A stretch of DNA of 64,000 bases, from positions 34,534,001 to 34,598,000 of the forward strand of contig OX597821.1 of NCBI GenBank assembly GCA_951406725.2, given 5' to 3'. Position 1 is the first letter of the stretch, and each line of letters opens with the position of its first letter. This DNA comes from Octopus vulgaris. Its lineage: Eukaryota. The position numbers were made by a program, and so were the translations under genes. The notes below the pieces were generated by a model. That model had not been told where the DNA came from, searched no databases, and saw nothing but the letters and a program-made list of their open reading frames with translations. This document shows, in pieces, positions 13,843-26,790 of the stretch.

Positions 13843-13998
13843 TGGTACGACTGTGTGCTAAGAAGCTTGCTTCCCATCCACATGGCTATGGGTTCAGCCC
13901 CTCTGCATGGTACTTTGGGCAAGTGTCATCCGTTATAGCCTCAGGCCAACCAAAGTCTTGTGAGTGGATTTGGTACACAAAAACTAAAAGAAGCCCAT
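13843..13998 (+). mobile_element. Family A SINE 5' fragment
   Basis: Matches the head of the copy at 27641-28055. Confidence 0.75.
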
Positions 13999-14328
13999 CA
14001 TATACACCTTCACCTTTGCTTACGACCTATACAACTTACGACTATCTGCACTTACAACCACAAAAAATAAGGAAATAACAAATTAATTAAAAAATCGATT
14101 TTCGGACATTGGGCAGTTGCGTGTATGATAGCTATGGCAGCATCTGGCAATGCAGGCTTCCTTCGGAGTCAAGCATCCACTGCCCACCACTGTCTCTCAC
14201 TCAGTCACTTTCAAGCGTCAGTTGCGTTTGAATGGAAATAGTGTTGAAAATTACAAATCAGACATATGACCAGATTGACTTACGACCTCTCGGTCAGAAC
14301 GGAACTCAGTCATAAATCAAGGAGAAGG

Positions 14329-14840
14329 TCATCATCATCATCATCATCATTTAGTGTCCGCTTTCCATGCTAGCATGGATTGGACGGTTCAACTGGGGTC
14401 TGGGAAGCCAGAAGGCTGCACCAGGCCCAGTCTGATCTGGCAAAGTTTCTATGGCTGGATGCCCTTCCTAACACCAACCACTCCAAGAGTGTAGTGGGTG
14501 CTTTTTACGTGCCACCGGCACAGGTGCCAGACGAGGCTGGCAAACGGCCACGATCGGATGGTGCTTTTTACGTGCCACCGGCACACGGGCCAGGCGAGGC
14601 TGGCAACGGCCACGTTCAGATGGTTCTTTTACATATATATATGTATATGTATGTGTGTGTGTCTGTTTGTCTTTGTGTTTGTTACATCACCATGACTTAG
14701 CAGTTCAACAAAAGAGACTGATAGAATAAGTACCAGGCTTTAAAAGAAATAAGTACTGGGGTTGATTCATTTGCCTAAAAATTCTTCAAGGCAATGCCCC
14801 AGCATGGCCACAGTCTAATGACTGAAAAAGTCAAAGATAG
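14329..14840. mobile_element. Family B retroposon (minus, 14329-14631) next to a family A SINE tail (plus, about 14660-14840)
   Basis: Diagnostic family B core after (CAT)n, then gatagaataagtaccaggct...ccagcatggccacagtctaatgactgaa of family A. Confidence 0.8.
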
Positions 14841-16154
14841 TGTTTAAGACAATTTTATTTTTAACGAACCATTTGTTGAAGACATAACGACCAAAAGACT
14901 CTGTGTATGTTTTATGTGCTTCATCTGTTGTTGCTGTTAAGACGACAGTTTGTCAGACTCCATTTCTTGATGTATTGTTCTTGGATGGGTTTCGTTGATA
15001 TTTATTCAAATTCTGGTAAAAGATTCATTGAGAAATTCTGAAATGTTCCACGACAGACAAATATTGGAGCTTAATGATGTTATCTGCTGCCATAAAATTG
15101 CCATCTTGTGATGAAAATAATTTTTCGTTTTTTTTTTTACATTTTCTGTATGTGTGAAAATATGAATCGCTTATTTCATAATTTCTTTATAAAATTATTC
15201 TAATTTTAATTTTCTTTATTTCCAGGTAAAAAAAAAGGGAATATATAACGTACACAGCCATTATATATATAAATATCTCTGGTGATTAGGTAAGATAACA
15301 GCATCAATCAGTAATGTATATACATACATATATGTATATGTATTATTGTTTATAATTATTTATTGGTTCTTTATTTTGTTTTTATTTCGTTTATACTTAT
15401 GTGTATGTATGTGTATATATGTATGTTTATATACACACACATACACTTAAATCATTTGTGTTTATATTATTTTTTTTTTGTTATTTAAATCAATTCTTAT
15501 TAACATATATAATAATTTAAATCAATTTTTATTAACATATAAAATCATTATTAATTGGATTGACAGAATAGTTAGTGTTGAGCAAAATGCTTTGGTGGTA
15601 TTTAGTTACAGCTCTTAACATTCTGAGTTCAAATACTACCAAGGTCAACTTTGCCTTTCATCCTTCTAGGATTGATAAAATAAAGTACCAGTCGAGTACT
15701 GGGGTCGATTTCTTTTCGACTAGTCTATCTCTTTTTATGAAAATTTATATTAAAAATCATTGTTGTTATTAAATTTTGTTTGTAATTGCTTTCTATAATT
15801 CTTTGATAGATATTTCATCTGTATAAAATTCAATATTTCATTAACCTAACACTGTTTAATTGCTGTAATGATGTATCAATGATGATTTGTTTTTCATTTT
15901 TTTTTTCGTTTTTATGTGTTTGTTTAATTTATTTTTGTTTGATTTTTATTTCATTATTTTTACTAATTTACAAAAATGTAAAAAATATAATTTTTTTTTT
16001 TATGTACTTCCATGTGCATTCAGGAACACCATACTCTATGTAATTTAGTTGAAAGGTAATTACACTGAGAGACTTATGAGATTTTATTCTTGGTAGATAG
16101 GTAGAGAATTTTTATTGCCTTAATTTAGTGAATACTGTTACACCATAAGTATGA

Positions 16155-16508
16155 CTAGCACTATGACCCAGCAATGCCGGGTCATACTGTTAGTGCATGC
16201 ATATACAGCTGCGTGCATACACGCGAATACTATCCAAATCTCCAACCAATCACATACAGCTAGCTGGCTTTCATTTGGCATATCAAGTTTCGGGCATTTT
16301 GGTTGGGTTTTGGATAGAAAATTCACAAAAAAGTAACTTCTATTGATTTTTTGATGGCTTTGTGGGGTGACTGGGGAAATGTAAAGATGTGCACGACCAA
16401 CCTTGGACGGTTTTGAATGACCATAGAAAGTGCGAGCCCTCTAACTGAAAAATTGTGGATTTGTATAAAGGACACACACGGACATATTGCCGTTTATATA
16501 CATAGAGA
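16155..16508 (-). mobile_element. Non-autonomous Helitron
   Basis: Minus strand reads A|TCTCTATGTATATAA...CTAG|T, with a subterminal hairpin tatgacccagcaatgccgggtcata at 16162-16186. These are canonical Helitron termini and an AT target. Confidence 0.75.
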
Positions 16509-17151
16509 TGATATTGATAACTGTACTACATGTTCCCAAAAGTTGGTTCCAGCCATACTGAAGATTTCTGTTTGTGCTCTCAATAAAAGATATTGAAAGT
16601 GTATATGTTTAAGTATGCCTATGTGCATAGGCTTATACTCATACATATGTGCAGTGCTTGCACATACATTCACAATATCTTTCAAATGAGCACAAGGCCA
16701 ACTTAATGAGTATAAATCCATAATCAATGAAATTAAAAGCATTATGCTGGCATAATCAGAAAGATTGTGGCATTACCATCTCTGATGTCTTTTGTTTGTG
16801 CCATATGTATATGGTGTGTGTATGTGTATGTGTGTGTGTGTGTTCATTCATATGTATGTATGTATCTAAAATGTCATTATTTTTGCTTTGTAATTTAGAT
16901 TTCTACCATGTTCAGGATTGTTGTCTTATCCGAGCTTCTCGTATCATTTGATTTGATCTTGATTGTTCTTCTGTAGATCTCTTAACCACCCTGTCATTTG
17001 GAAAACACAATGAAATATAGACCAAATAAGTAGGATTTACGTTTGACTGCAAATTCTAAACTTTTGAGAGATTGCATAAAAGCGAACATGTATTGATGTA
17101 AAATACACAGGAAATGAAGTGGATAAAATAATTAACTCCAGGTGGAATGTA

Positions 17152-20100
17152 CATACCTATCATATGCTGGCATGGCTGTGTGGTTAAGAAGTTTGCTTTA
17201 CATCTATGGGGTTCTAGGTTCACTTCCACTATGTGCCGCCATGGAGCAGGTGTTTTCTATCATAGCTTCATACCTATCATATGCTGGCATGGCTGTATGG
17301 TCAAGAAGTTTGCTTTACAGCCATGGGGTTCTAGGTTCACTTCCACTATGTGCCGCCATGGAGCAGGTGTTTTCTATCATAGCTTCATACCTATCATATG
17401 TTGGCATGGCTGTATGGTCAAGAAGTTTGCTTTACATCTATGGGGTTCTAGGTTCACTTCCACTATGTGCCGCCATGGAGCAGGTGTTTTCTATCATAGC
17501 TTCATACCTATCATATGTTGGCATGGCTGTGTGGTCAAGAAGTTTGCTTTACATCTATGGGGTTCTAGGTTCACTTCCACTATGTGCCGCCATGGAGCAG
17601 GTGTTTTCTATCATAGCTTCATACCTATCATATGCTGGCATGGCTGTGTGGTTAAGAAGTTTGCTTTACATCTATGGGGTTCTAGGTTCACTTCCACTAT
17701 GTGCCGCCATAGAGCAGGTGTTTTCTATCATAGCTTCATACCTATCATATGTTGGCATGGCTGTGTGGTCAAGAAGTTTGCTTTACATCTATGGGGTTCT
17801 AGGTTCACTTCCACTATGTGCCGCCATGGAGCAGGTGTTTTCTATCATAGCTTCATACCTATCATATGCTGGCATGGCTGTGTGGTTAAGAAGTTTGCTT
17901 TACATCTATGGGGTTCTCTAGGTTCACTTCCACTATGTGCCGCCATGGAGCAGGTGTTTTCTATCATAGCTTCATACCTATCATATGTTGGCATGGCTGT
18001 GTGGTCAAGAGGTTTGCTTTACATCTATGGGGTTCTAGCTTCACTTCCACTATGTGCCGCCATGGAGCAGGTGTTTTCTATCATAGCTTCATACCTATCA
18101 TATGCTGGCATGGCTGTGTGGTTAAGAAGTTTGCTTTACATCTATGGGGTTCTAGGTTCACTTCCACTATGTGCCGCCATGGAGCAGGTGTTTTCTATCA
18201 TAGCTTCATACCTATCATATGTTGGCATGGCTGTGTGGTCAAGAAGTTTGCTTTACATCTATGGGGTTCTAGGTTCACTTCCACTATGTGCCGCCATGGA
18301 GCAGGTGTTTTCTATCATAGCTTCATACCTATCATATGCTGGCATGGCTGTGTGGTTAAGAAGTTTGCTTTACATCTATGGGGTTCTAGGTTCACTTCCA
18401 CTATGTGCCGCCATGGAGCAGGTGTTTTCTATCATAGCTTCATACCTATCATATGCTGGCATGGCTGTGTGGTTAAGAAGTTTGCTTTACATCTATGGGG
18501 TTCTAGGTTCACTTCCACTATGTGCCGCCATGGAGCAGGTGTTTTCTATCATAGCTTCATACCTATCATATGTTGGCATGGCTGTGTGGTCAAGAAGTTT
18601 GCTTTACATCTATGGGGTTCTAGGTTCACTTCCACTATGTGCCGCCATGGAGCAGGTGTTTTCTATCATAGCTTCATACCTATCATATGCTGGCATGGCT
18701 GTGTGGTTAAGAAGTTTGCTTTACATCTATGGGGTTCTAGGTTCACTTCCACTATGTGCTGCCATGGAGCAGGTGTTTTCTATCATAGCTTCATACCTAT
18801 CATATGTTGGCATGGCTGTGTGGTCAAGAAGTTTGCTTTACATCTATGGGGTTCTAGGTTCACTTCCACTATGTGCCGCCATGGAGCAGGTGTTTTCTAT
18901 CATAGCTTCATACCTATCATATGCTGGCATGGCTGTGTGGTTAAGAAGTTTGCTTTACATCTATGGGGTTCTAGGTTCACTTCCACTATGTGCCGCCATA
19001 GAGCAGGTGTTTTCTATCATAGCTTCATACCTATCATATGTTGGCATGGCTGTGTGGTCAAGAAGTTTGCTTTACATCTATGGGGTTCTAGGTTCACTTC
19101 CACTATGTGCCGCCATGGTGCAGGTGTTTTCTATCATAGCTTCATACCTATCATATGCTGGCATGGCTGTGTGGTTAAGAAGTTTGCTTTACATCTATGG
19201 GGTTCTAGGTTTACTTCCACTATGTGCCGCCATGGAGCAGGTGTTTTCTATCATAGCTTCATACCTATCATATGTTGGCATGGCTGTGTGGTCAAGAGGT
19301 TTGCTTTACATCTATGGGGTTCTAGCTTCACTTCCACTATGTGCCGCCATGGAGCAGGTGTTTTCTATCATAGCTTCATACCTATCATATGCTGGCATGG
19401 CTGTGTGGTTAAGAAGTTTGCTTTACATCTATGGGGTTCTAGGTTCACTTCCACTATGTGCCGCCATGGAGCAGGTGTTTTCTATCATAGCTTCATACCT
19501 ATCATATGTTGGCATGGCTGTGTGGTCAAGAAGTTTGCTTTACATCTATGGGGTTCTAGGTTCACTTCCACTATGTGCCGCCATGGAGCAGGTGTTTTCT
19601 ATCATAGCTTCATACCTATCATATGCTGGCATGGCTGTGTGGTTAAGAAGTTTGCTTTACATCTATGGGGTTCTAGGTTCACTTCCACTATGTGCCGCCA
19701 TGGAGCAGGTGTTTTCTATCATAGCTTCATACCTATCATATGTTGGCATGGCTGTATGGTCAAGAAGTTTGCTTTACATCTATGGGGTTCTAGGTTCACT
19801 TCCACTATGTGCCGCCATGGAGCAGGTGTTTTCTATCATAGCTTCATACCTATCATATGTTGGCATGGCTGTGTGGTCAAGAAGTTTGCTTTACATCTAT
19901 GGGGTTCTAGGTTCACTTCCACTATGTGCCGCCATGGAGCAGGTGTTTTCTATCATAGCTTCATACCTATCATATGCTGGCATGGCTGTGTGGTTAAGAA
20001 GTTTGCTTTACATCTATGGGGTTCTAGGTTCACTTCCACTATGTGCCGCCATAGAGCAGGTGTTTTCTATCATAGCTTCATACCTATCATATGTTGGCAT

Positions 20101-23100
20101 GGCTGTGTGGTCAAGAAGTTTGCTTTACATCTATGGGGTTCTAGGTTCACTTCCACTATGTGCCGCCATGGAGCAGGTGTTTTCTATCATAGCTTCATAC
20201 CTATCATATGCTGGCATGGCTGTGTGGTTAAGAAGTTTGCTTTACATCTATGGGGTTCTAGGTTCACTTCCACTATGTGCCGCCATGGAGCAGGTGTTTT
20301 CTATCATAGCTTCATACCTATCATATGTTGGCATGGCTGTGTGGTCAAGAAGTTTGCTTTACATCTATGGGGTTCTAGGTTCACTTCCACTATGTGCCGC
20401 CATGGAGCAGGTGTTTTCTATCATAGCTTCATACCTATCATATGCTGGCATGGCTGTGTGGTTAAGAAGTTTGCTTTACATCTATGGGGTTCTAGGTTCA
20501 CTTCCACTATGTGCCGCCATGGAGCAGGTGTTTTCTATCATAGCTTCATACCTATCATATGCTGGCATGGCTGTGTGGTTAAGAAGTTTGCTTTACATCT
20601 ATGGGGTTCTAGGTTCACTTCCACTATGTGCCGCCATGGAGCAGGTGTTTTCTATCATAGCTTCATACCTATCATATGTTGGTATGGCTGTGTGGTCAAG
20701 AAGTTTGCTTTACATCTATGGGGTTCTAGGTTCACTTGCACTATGTGCCGCCATGGAGCAGGTGTTTTCTATCATAGCTTCATACCTATCATATGCTGGC
20801 ATGGCTGTGTGGTTAAGAAGTTTGCTTTACATCTATGGGGTTCTAGGTTCACTTCCACTATGTGCCGCCATGGAGCAGGTGTTTTCTATCATAGCTTCAT
20901 ACCTATCATATGTTGGCATGGCTGTGTGGTCAAGAAGTTTGCTTTACATCTATGGGGTTCTAGGTTCACTTCCACTATGTGCCACCATGGAGCAGGTGTT
21001 TTCTATCATAGCTTCATACCTATCATATGCTGGCATGGCTGTGTGGTTAAGAAGTTTGCTTTACATCTATGGGGTTCTAGGTTCACTTCCACTATGTGCC
21101 GCCATGGAGCAGGTGTTTTCTATCATAGCTTCATACCTATCATATGTTGGCATGGCTGTGTGGTCAAGAAGTTTGCTTTACATCTATGGGGTTCTAGGTT
21201 CACTTCCACTATGTGCCGCCATGGAGCAGGTGTTTTCTATCATAGCTTCATACCTATCATATGCTGGCATGGCTGTGTGGTTAAGAAGTTTGCTTTACAT
21301 CTATGGGGTTCTAGGTTCACTTCCACTATGTGCCGCCATGGAGCAGGTGTTTTCTATCATAGCTTCATACCTATCATATGTTGGCATGGCTGTGTGGTCA
21401 AGAGGTTTGCTTTACATCTATGGGGTTCTAGGTTCACTTCCACTATGTGCCGCCATGGAGCAGGTGTTTTCTATCATAGCTTCATACCTATCATATGTTG
21501 GCATGGCTGTGTGGTTAAGAAGTTTGCTTTACATCTATGGGGTTCTAGGTTCACTTCCACTATGTGCCGCCATGGAGCAGGTGTTTTCTATCATAGCTTC
21601 ATACCTATCATATGTTGGCATGGCTGTGTGGTCAAGAAGTTTGCTTTACATCTATGGGGTTCTAGGTTCACTTCCACTATGTGCCGCCATGGAGCAGGTG
21701 TTTTCTATCATAGCTTCATACCTATCATATGCTGGCATGGCTGTGTGGTTAAGAAGTTTGCTTTACATCTATGGGGTTCTAGGTTCACTTCCACTATGTG
21801 CCGCCATGGAGCAGGTGTTTTCTATCATAGCTTCATACCTATCATATGCTGGCATGGCTGTGTGGTTAAGAAGTTTGCTTTACATCTATGGGGTTCTAGG
21901 TTCACTTCCACTATGTGCCGCCATGGAGCAGGTGTTTTCTATCATAGCTTCATACCTATCATATGTTGGCATGGCTGTGTGGTCAAGAAGTTTGCTTTAC
22001 ATCTATGGGGTTCTAGGTTCACTTCCACTATGTGCCGCCATGGAGCAGGTGTTTTCTATCATAGCTTCATACCTATCATATGTTGGCATGGCTGTGTGGT
22101 CAAGAAGTTTGCTTTACATCTATGGGGTTCTAGGTTCACTTCCACTATGTGCCGCCATGGAGCAGGTGTTTTCTATCATAGCTTCATACCTATCATATGT
22201 TGGCATGGCTGTGTGGTTAAGAAGTTTGCTTTACATCTATGGGGTTCTAGGTTCACTTCCACTATGTGCCGCCATGGAGCAGGTGTTTTCTATCATAGCT
22301 TCATACCTATCATATGTTGGCATGGCTGTGTGGTCAAGAAGTTTGCTTTACATCTATGGGGTTCTAGGTTCACTTCCACTATGTGCCGCCATGGAGCAGG
22401 TGTTTTCTATCATAGCTTCATACCTATCATATGCTGGCATGGCTGTGTGGTTAAGAAGTTTGCTTTACATCTATGGGGTTCTAGGTTCACTTCCACTATG
22501 TGCCGCCATGGAGCAGGTGTTTTCTATCATAGCTTCATACCTATCATATGTTGGCATGGCTGTGTGGTCAAGAAGTTTGCTTTACATCTATGGGGTTCTA
22601 GGTTCACTTCCACTATGTGCCGCCATGGAGCAGGTGTTTTCTATCATAGCTTCATACCTATCATATGTTGGCATGGCTGTGTGGTTAAGAAGTTTGCTTT
22701 ACATCTATGGGGTTCTAGGTTCACTTCCACTATGTGCCGCCATGGAGCAGGTGTTTTCTATCATAGCTTCATACCTATCATATGTTGGCATGGCTGTGTG
22801 GTCAAGAAGTTTGCTTTACATCTATGGGGTTCTAGGTTCACTTCCACTATGTGCCGCCATGGAGCAGGTGTTTTCTATCATAGCTTCATACCTATCATAT
22901 GCTGGCATGGCTGTGTGGTTAAGAAGTTTGCTTTACATCTATGGGGTTCTAGCTTCACTTCCACTATGTGCCGCCATGGAGCAGGTGTTTTCTATCATAG
23001 CTTCATACCTATCATATGCTGGCATGGCTGTGTGGTTAAGAAGTTTGCTTTACATCTATGGGGTTCTAGGTTCACTTCCACTATGTGCCGCCATGGAGCA

Positions 23101-23471
23101 GGTGTTTTCTATCATAGCTTCATACCTATCATATGCTGGCATGGCTGTGTGGTCAAGAAGTTTGCTTTACATCTATGGGGTTCTAGGTTCACTTCCACTA
23201 TGTGCCGCCATGGAGCAGGTGTTTTCTATCATAGCTTCATACCTATCATATGCTGGCATGGCTGTGTGGTTAAGAAGTTTGCTTTACATCTATGGGGTTC
23301 TAGGTTCACTTCCACTATGTGCCGCCATGGAGCAGGTGTTTTCTATCATAGCTTCATACCTATCATATGCTGGCATGGCTGTATGGTCAAGAAGTTTGCT
23401 TTACAGCCATGGGGTTCTAGGTTCACTTCCACTATGTGCCGCCATGGGGCAAGTGTTTTCTATCATACCTT
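17152..23471 (+). repeat. Tandem array of 54 x 117-bp units derived from the 5' (tRNA-like) head of a family A SINE
   Basis: Units start at 17152 and 17269 (period 117) and the last starts at 23355. One 2-bp insertion lies at about 17916-17918. The unit aligns to the SINE head at 27641-27748, and the last unit runs on into SINE body sequence to about 23525. Confidence 0.97.
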
Positions 23472-24353
23472 CAGGTTGACCAATGCCTTGTAAATAAAAT
23501 TTGGTTGGTGAAAACTGCAGAAGCCTAACATACAGGTGTGTGTGTTTGAGCATGTGTGTTGGTGAGAGATTGCTGATAAATTGGTGCACCAATTCTTCTG
23601 AATTTCACCCCTTTATACTCAGGTAGACTCAGCCTTCAATAAATAAAAATTGGTAAAATAAGTATCAGCCTAGGTACTGTATACTGTTATAAGCAACAAA
23701 ACCTCTTTGAAGTCACTGCCCCAGCATGGCCGCAGTCTAAAGACTTAAACCAGTATGAGTATTCCATTTCAAGCTTTGTGCCAGTTCTTCATCCTGTGGA
23801 AAGTCAGTGAGTCTATGCCACATCATAACCGAGACACTAGTTCTGTTGTTATTTTAACAATTATCTGCAACTCTGTTTTGGACAAGCCAATGAAGGAGCC
23901 TCCACTTGATTTGCTACAAATAGCAGCCAAATTCCTTTTACTTTATTAAGAAGAAGAACTTTGATCTTTGACATACAAAAAAGATAGTCATGGACAAATG
24001 CACAACTGGAGCTGTGCTGGGACTAAACAAAAACCTCTGTGTTTTTTTACAGCCAGCAGTGTACAGTAAGTAGACAGTTTGTTTGTTATCTCAAAGCACC
24101 AAACTTGTTCTCTTACGTTATATAATATCATTGAATACATCTTAATCATTATTTTAAGATAATAATAAACATATATAGTTGCAGCACTGAAAACACATAC
24201 TGGCTATTCAAAACCATACAAAAGGCTGTTAACATCACTGAAACATTTTTATTATTAGGTGTTGCCTTTTATTAAGTTACGAATCTTCAAATAATATGTT
24301 GGAAAAATTTATATACTCTACATGTGGATTGTTAAACTATAGACCAATATTAA

Positions 24354-24356
<3 letters not shown>

Positions 24357-24425
<69 letters not shown>
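24357..24425. repeat. (GT)n microsatellite
   Basis: Perfect GT run. Confidence 0.97.
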
Positions 24426-24427
<2 letters not shown>

Positions 24428-24437
24428 AAGCTGGGAG

Positions 24438-25000
24438 TCATCATCATCATCGTTTAGCGTCCGCTTTCCATGCTAGCATGGGTTGGACGGTTCAGCTGGG
24501 GTCTGGGAAGTCAGAAGGCTGCACCAGGCTCCAGTCTGATCTGGCAATGTTTCTACGGCTGGATGCCCTTCCTAACGCCAACCACTCTGTGAGTGTAGTG
24601 GGTGCTTTTTACGTGCCACAAAATTATTTAATGTTAAGCAAGCGTATTGCAGGACCGACTACTTAAAAAAAAAAATCTCAGCCTCGATAGCATAACATAT
24701 CTGTTACCTATGTTATTTTGTATGTTCTACTTTGTCTCTGCAATCTGTTTGGGTATGCTCTTTCATTGACATCATTATCATCATCATCATCATCATCATT
24801 TAACGTTCGTCTTCCATGCTGGCATGGGTTGGTTGGTTTAATATGAGTTGGCAAGCTGAAGAGTGGCAGACAAGCTCTGTTGTCTACATTGGCATGGTTT
24901 CTGTGGTTGGATGCCCTTCCTAATGCCTGCCACTTTACAGAGGGTGTTAGGTGCTTTTTTATGTGGCACTAACACCAACAGGATTGTCAAATAACTTGCA
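24438..25000 (-). mobile_element. Two family B retroposon copies (24438-24619 young; about 24770-25000 older)
   Basis: (CAT)n plus the family B core in both. Confidence 0.8.
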
Positions 25001-25940
25001 AGAGAAAGACCTTTCAGCTGTGAGAGTGAGTAGATCCAAGAGAAGTGGCTTTGTGCCAGGTGAAAGGTTAGTGTGTAATAGAAGGATAGAGATTTGATAT
25101 TATTAAACAACTTTGGTAAGAGGAACTCCACATACAGACACAGGTGTGTCTTTTAGGTGCAGGCATAACTGTGTGGCTTTAGAGCAAATCCCATACTTTT
25201 CAATCATTAGCTAATTGACTAGCTAATGGGTGGTTTATGGATTGCATCTAAGATCCAAAACATGGACTCAATACACGGAAGAGAGAAATAATTAAGCATC
25301 CTAAATATAAGTAACTAAAAAATAAAGACACTCTCACACAGGTATCAGTTCACAATACAAATACTAGTATGTCAGGATTTTTGACATGTTGGGTAAATAT
25401 CTTCCTTGTAGTAAACACAGCATAAGTTGGATCACTCGGACACCATTCTTTAGGAGTATTGTAATGGATGTAAAAGAATGAGCTTGGATAATTTTATGTT
25501 TGTTACGGAGAGAAGCGGAATCGAATGTTTTGGGACTGTTGTTTCATCTGAGAGAGAAGAAATTTCTTCCCCAGAAAATACACTTTCAGAAACTCATGGA
25601 TTTCACTGTATATTTTTGGCCAATGTTGACCGTCATTTCTCCAGGATTTTGTTTTCTTTCTTTCTCTGCCATTCAATCATTTGGATTGTATCTAAGACTT
25701 AAACAAAGATTCAGTACTTGGAAGAGTGGAATAAATAAAATTTATAATAACTAGACATATTTTTAGAAAAGTGCACCAATGCATAATTGGCACATGTAAG
25801 GCACCCATCCTGGTTCCACGTGAAAAGTGCCCAGTACACTCTGTAAAGTGGCTGGTATCAGGAAGGCATAAAGCCAAGCCAAAACAGACAGTTGGAACCT
25901 AGTGCAGTTCTGCTGGTCAGCTCCTGTCCAGCCCATGCCA

Positions 25941-26269
25941 AGTGGATGTAAAGGGACAATGATGATGACCGTTCTGAGTAGTGCAGTATAATAATCGGTT
26001 CTTCTTATTTATTCTGTGGTCAGTTCTGATTAAGCAGATCTATAATCAAAGACAGTCCACCCTTGAAATATCTTTTCTTTTTCTGTTTATTACAACATAG
26101 TGCACCTCGGATTATATTATTGAATGTGCCTTTTTTCTTTAGTATTTGTGTGATTTTGAGGGAGATTTGGCTGCTATATCTAGAAGTTGAGTAGTACCAT
26201 AGAGATTCCCTTCGTGGTTCAATGTATAAATATTCAAATTTAGAAGAATCAAACATCCATTCCATTGTA
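25941..26269 (+). repeat. 329-bp near-identical copy of 29223-29554, inserted in a family B element with a 15-bp flanking duplication
   Basis: GTCCAGCCCATGCCA at 25926-25940 and 26270-26284. The insert differs from the donor by about 7 substitutions and one 3-bp indel, counted by eye. Confidence 0.9.
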
Positions 26270-26599
26270 GTCCAGCCCATGCCAGCACGGAAAACAGATG
26301 TTAAATGATGACGATGGTAATTTCAATATCATCATCATCATCATCATCATTGTTTTAATGTCTAATTTTCCATGCTTGCATGGGCTGGATGGAATTTGTT
26401 GGGGTAGATATCTTTACAGTTGGATCCCCTTCCTGTCATTAACCCTCACCTGTAAGGTAATGTTTCTCTATGCAAGGTAACATCTTTCTATGGCTAGCTA
26501 TGTTTCCCATAGAAAATTGGAAATGAAGGATGCCGCTTGCATGACAGTGACACTCGTTTACAACTGCCACACAATATCAAGGCAAGGAGAAAGATAGAC

Positions 26600-26790
26600 A
26601 CACACACACATGCGCATACGCATGCACGGGCTGGCTTCCATACAGTTACTGTCTACCGAAATGCACTCACAAGGCTTTGGTAGTCCTTGAGCTATAGGAG
26701 AAGACACTTGCCCAAGGTGCCATGCAGTAAGACTGAACCTGGAACCGTGTGGTTGGAAAGCAAACTTCTTACTATACAACCATGCCTGCA
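26600..26790 (-). mobile_element. Family A SINE 5' half
   Basis: cactcacaaggctttgg...gaagacacttgcccaaggtgccatgcag. Confidence 0.75.

Noticed and set aside
14020-14325. Possible Tigger/pogo-like MITE (repeated ttacgac motifs)
   Set aside because: I could not define both termini or a TA duplication with confidence.
17152-23471. CRISPR-like array or tRNA gene cluster
   Set aside because: There are no unique spacers and no cas genes, and the context is eukaryotic. I could not fold the unit into a convincing tRNA cloverleaf.
17147-23493. 2110-aa and 1861-aa ORFs as genuine genes
   Set aside because: They arise from a stop-free 117-bp SINE-derived unit, with near-identical DNA copies and a mid-array frame switch. 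Not called as CDS and kept only as a low-ranked finding.
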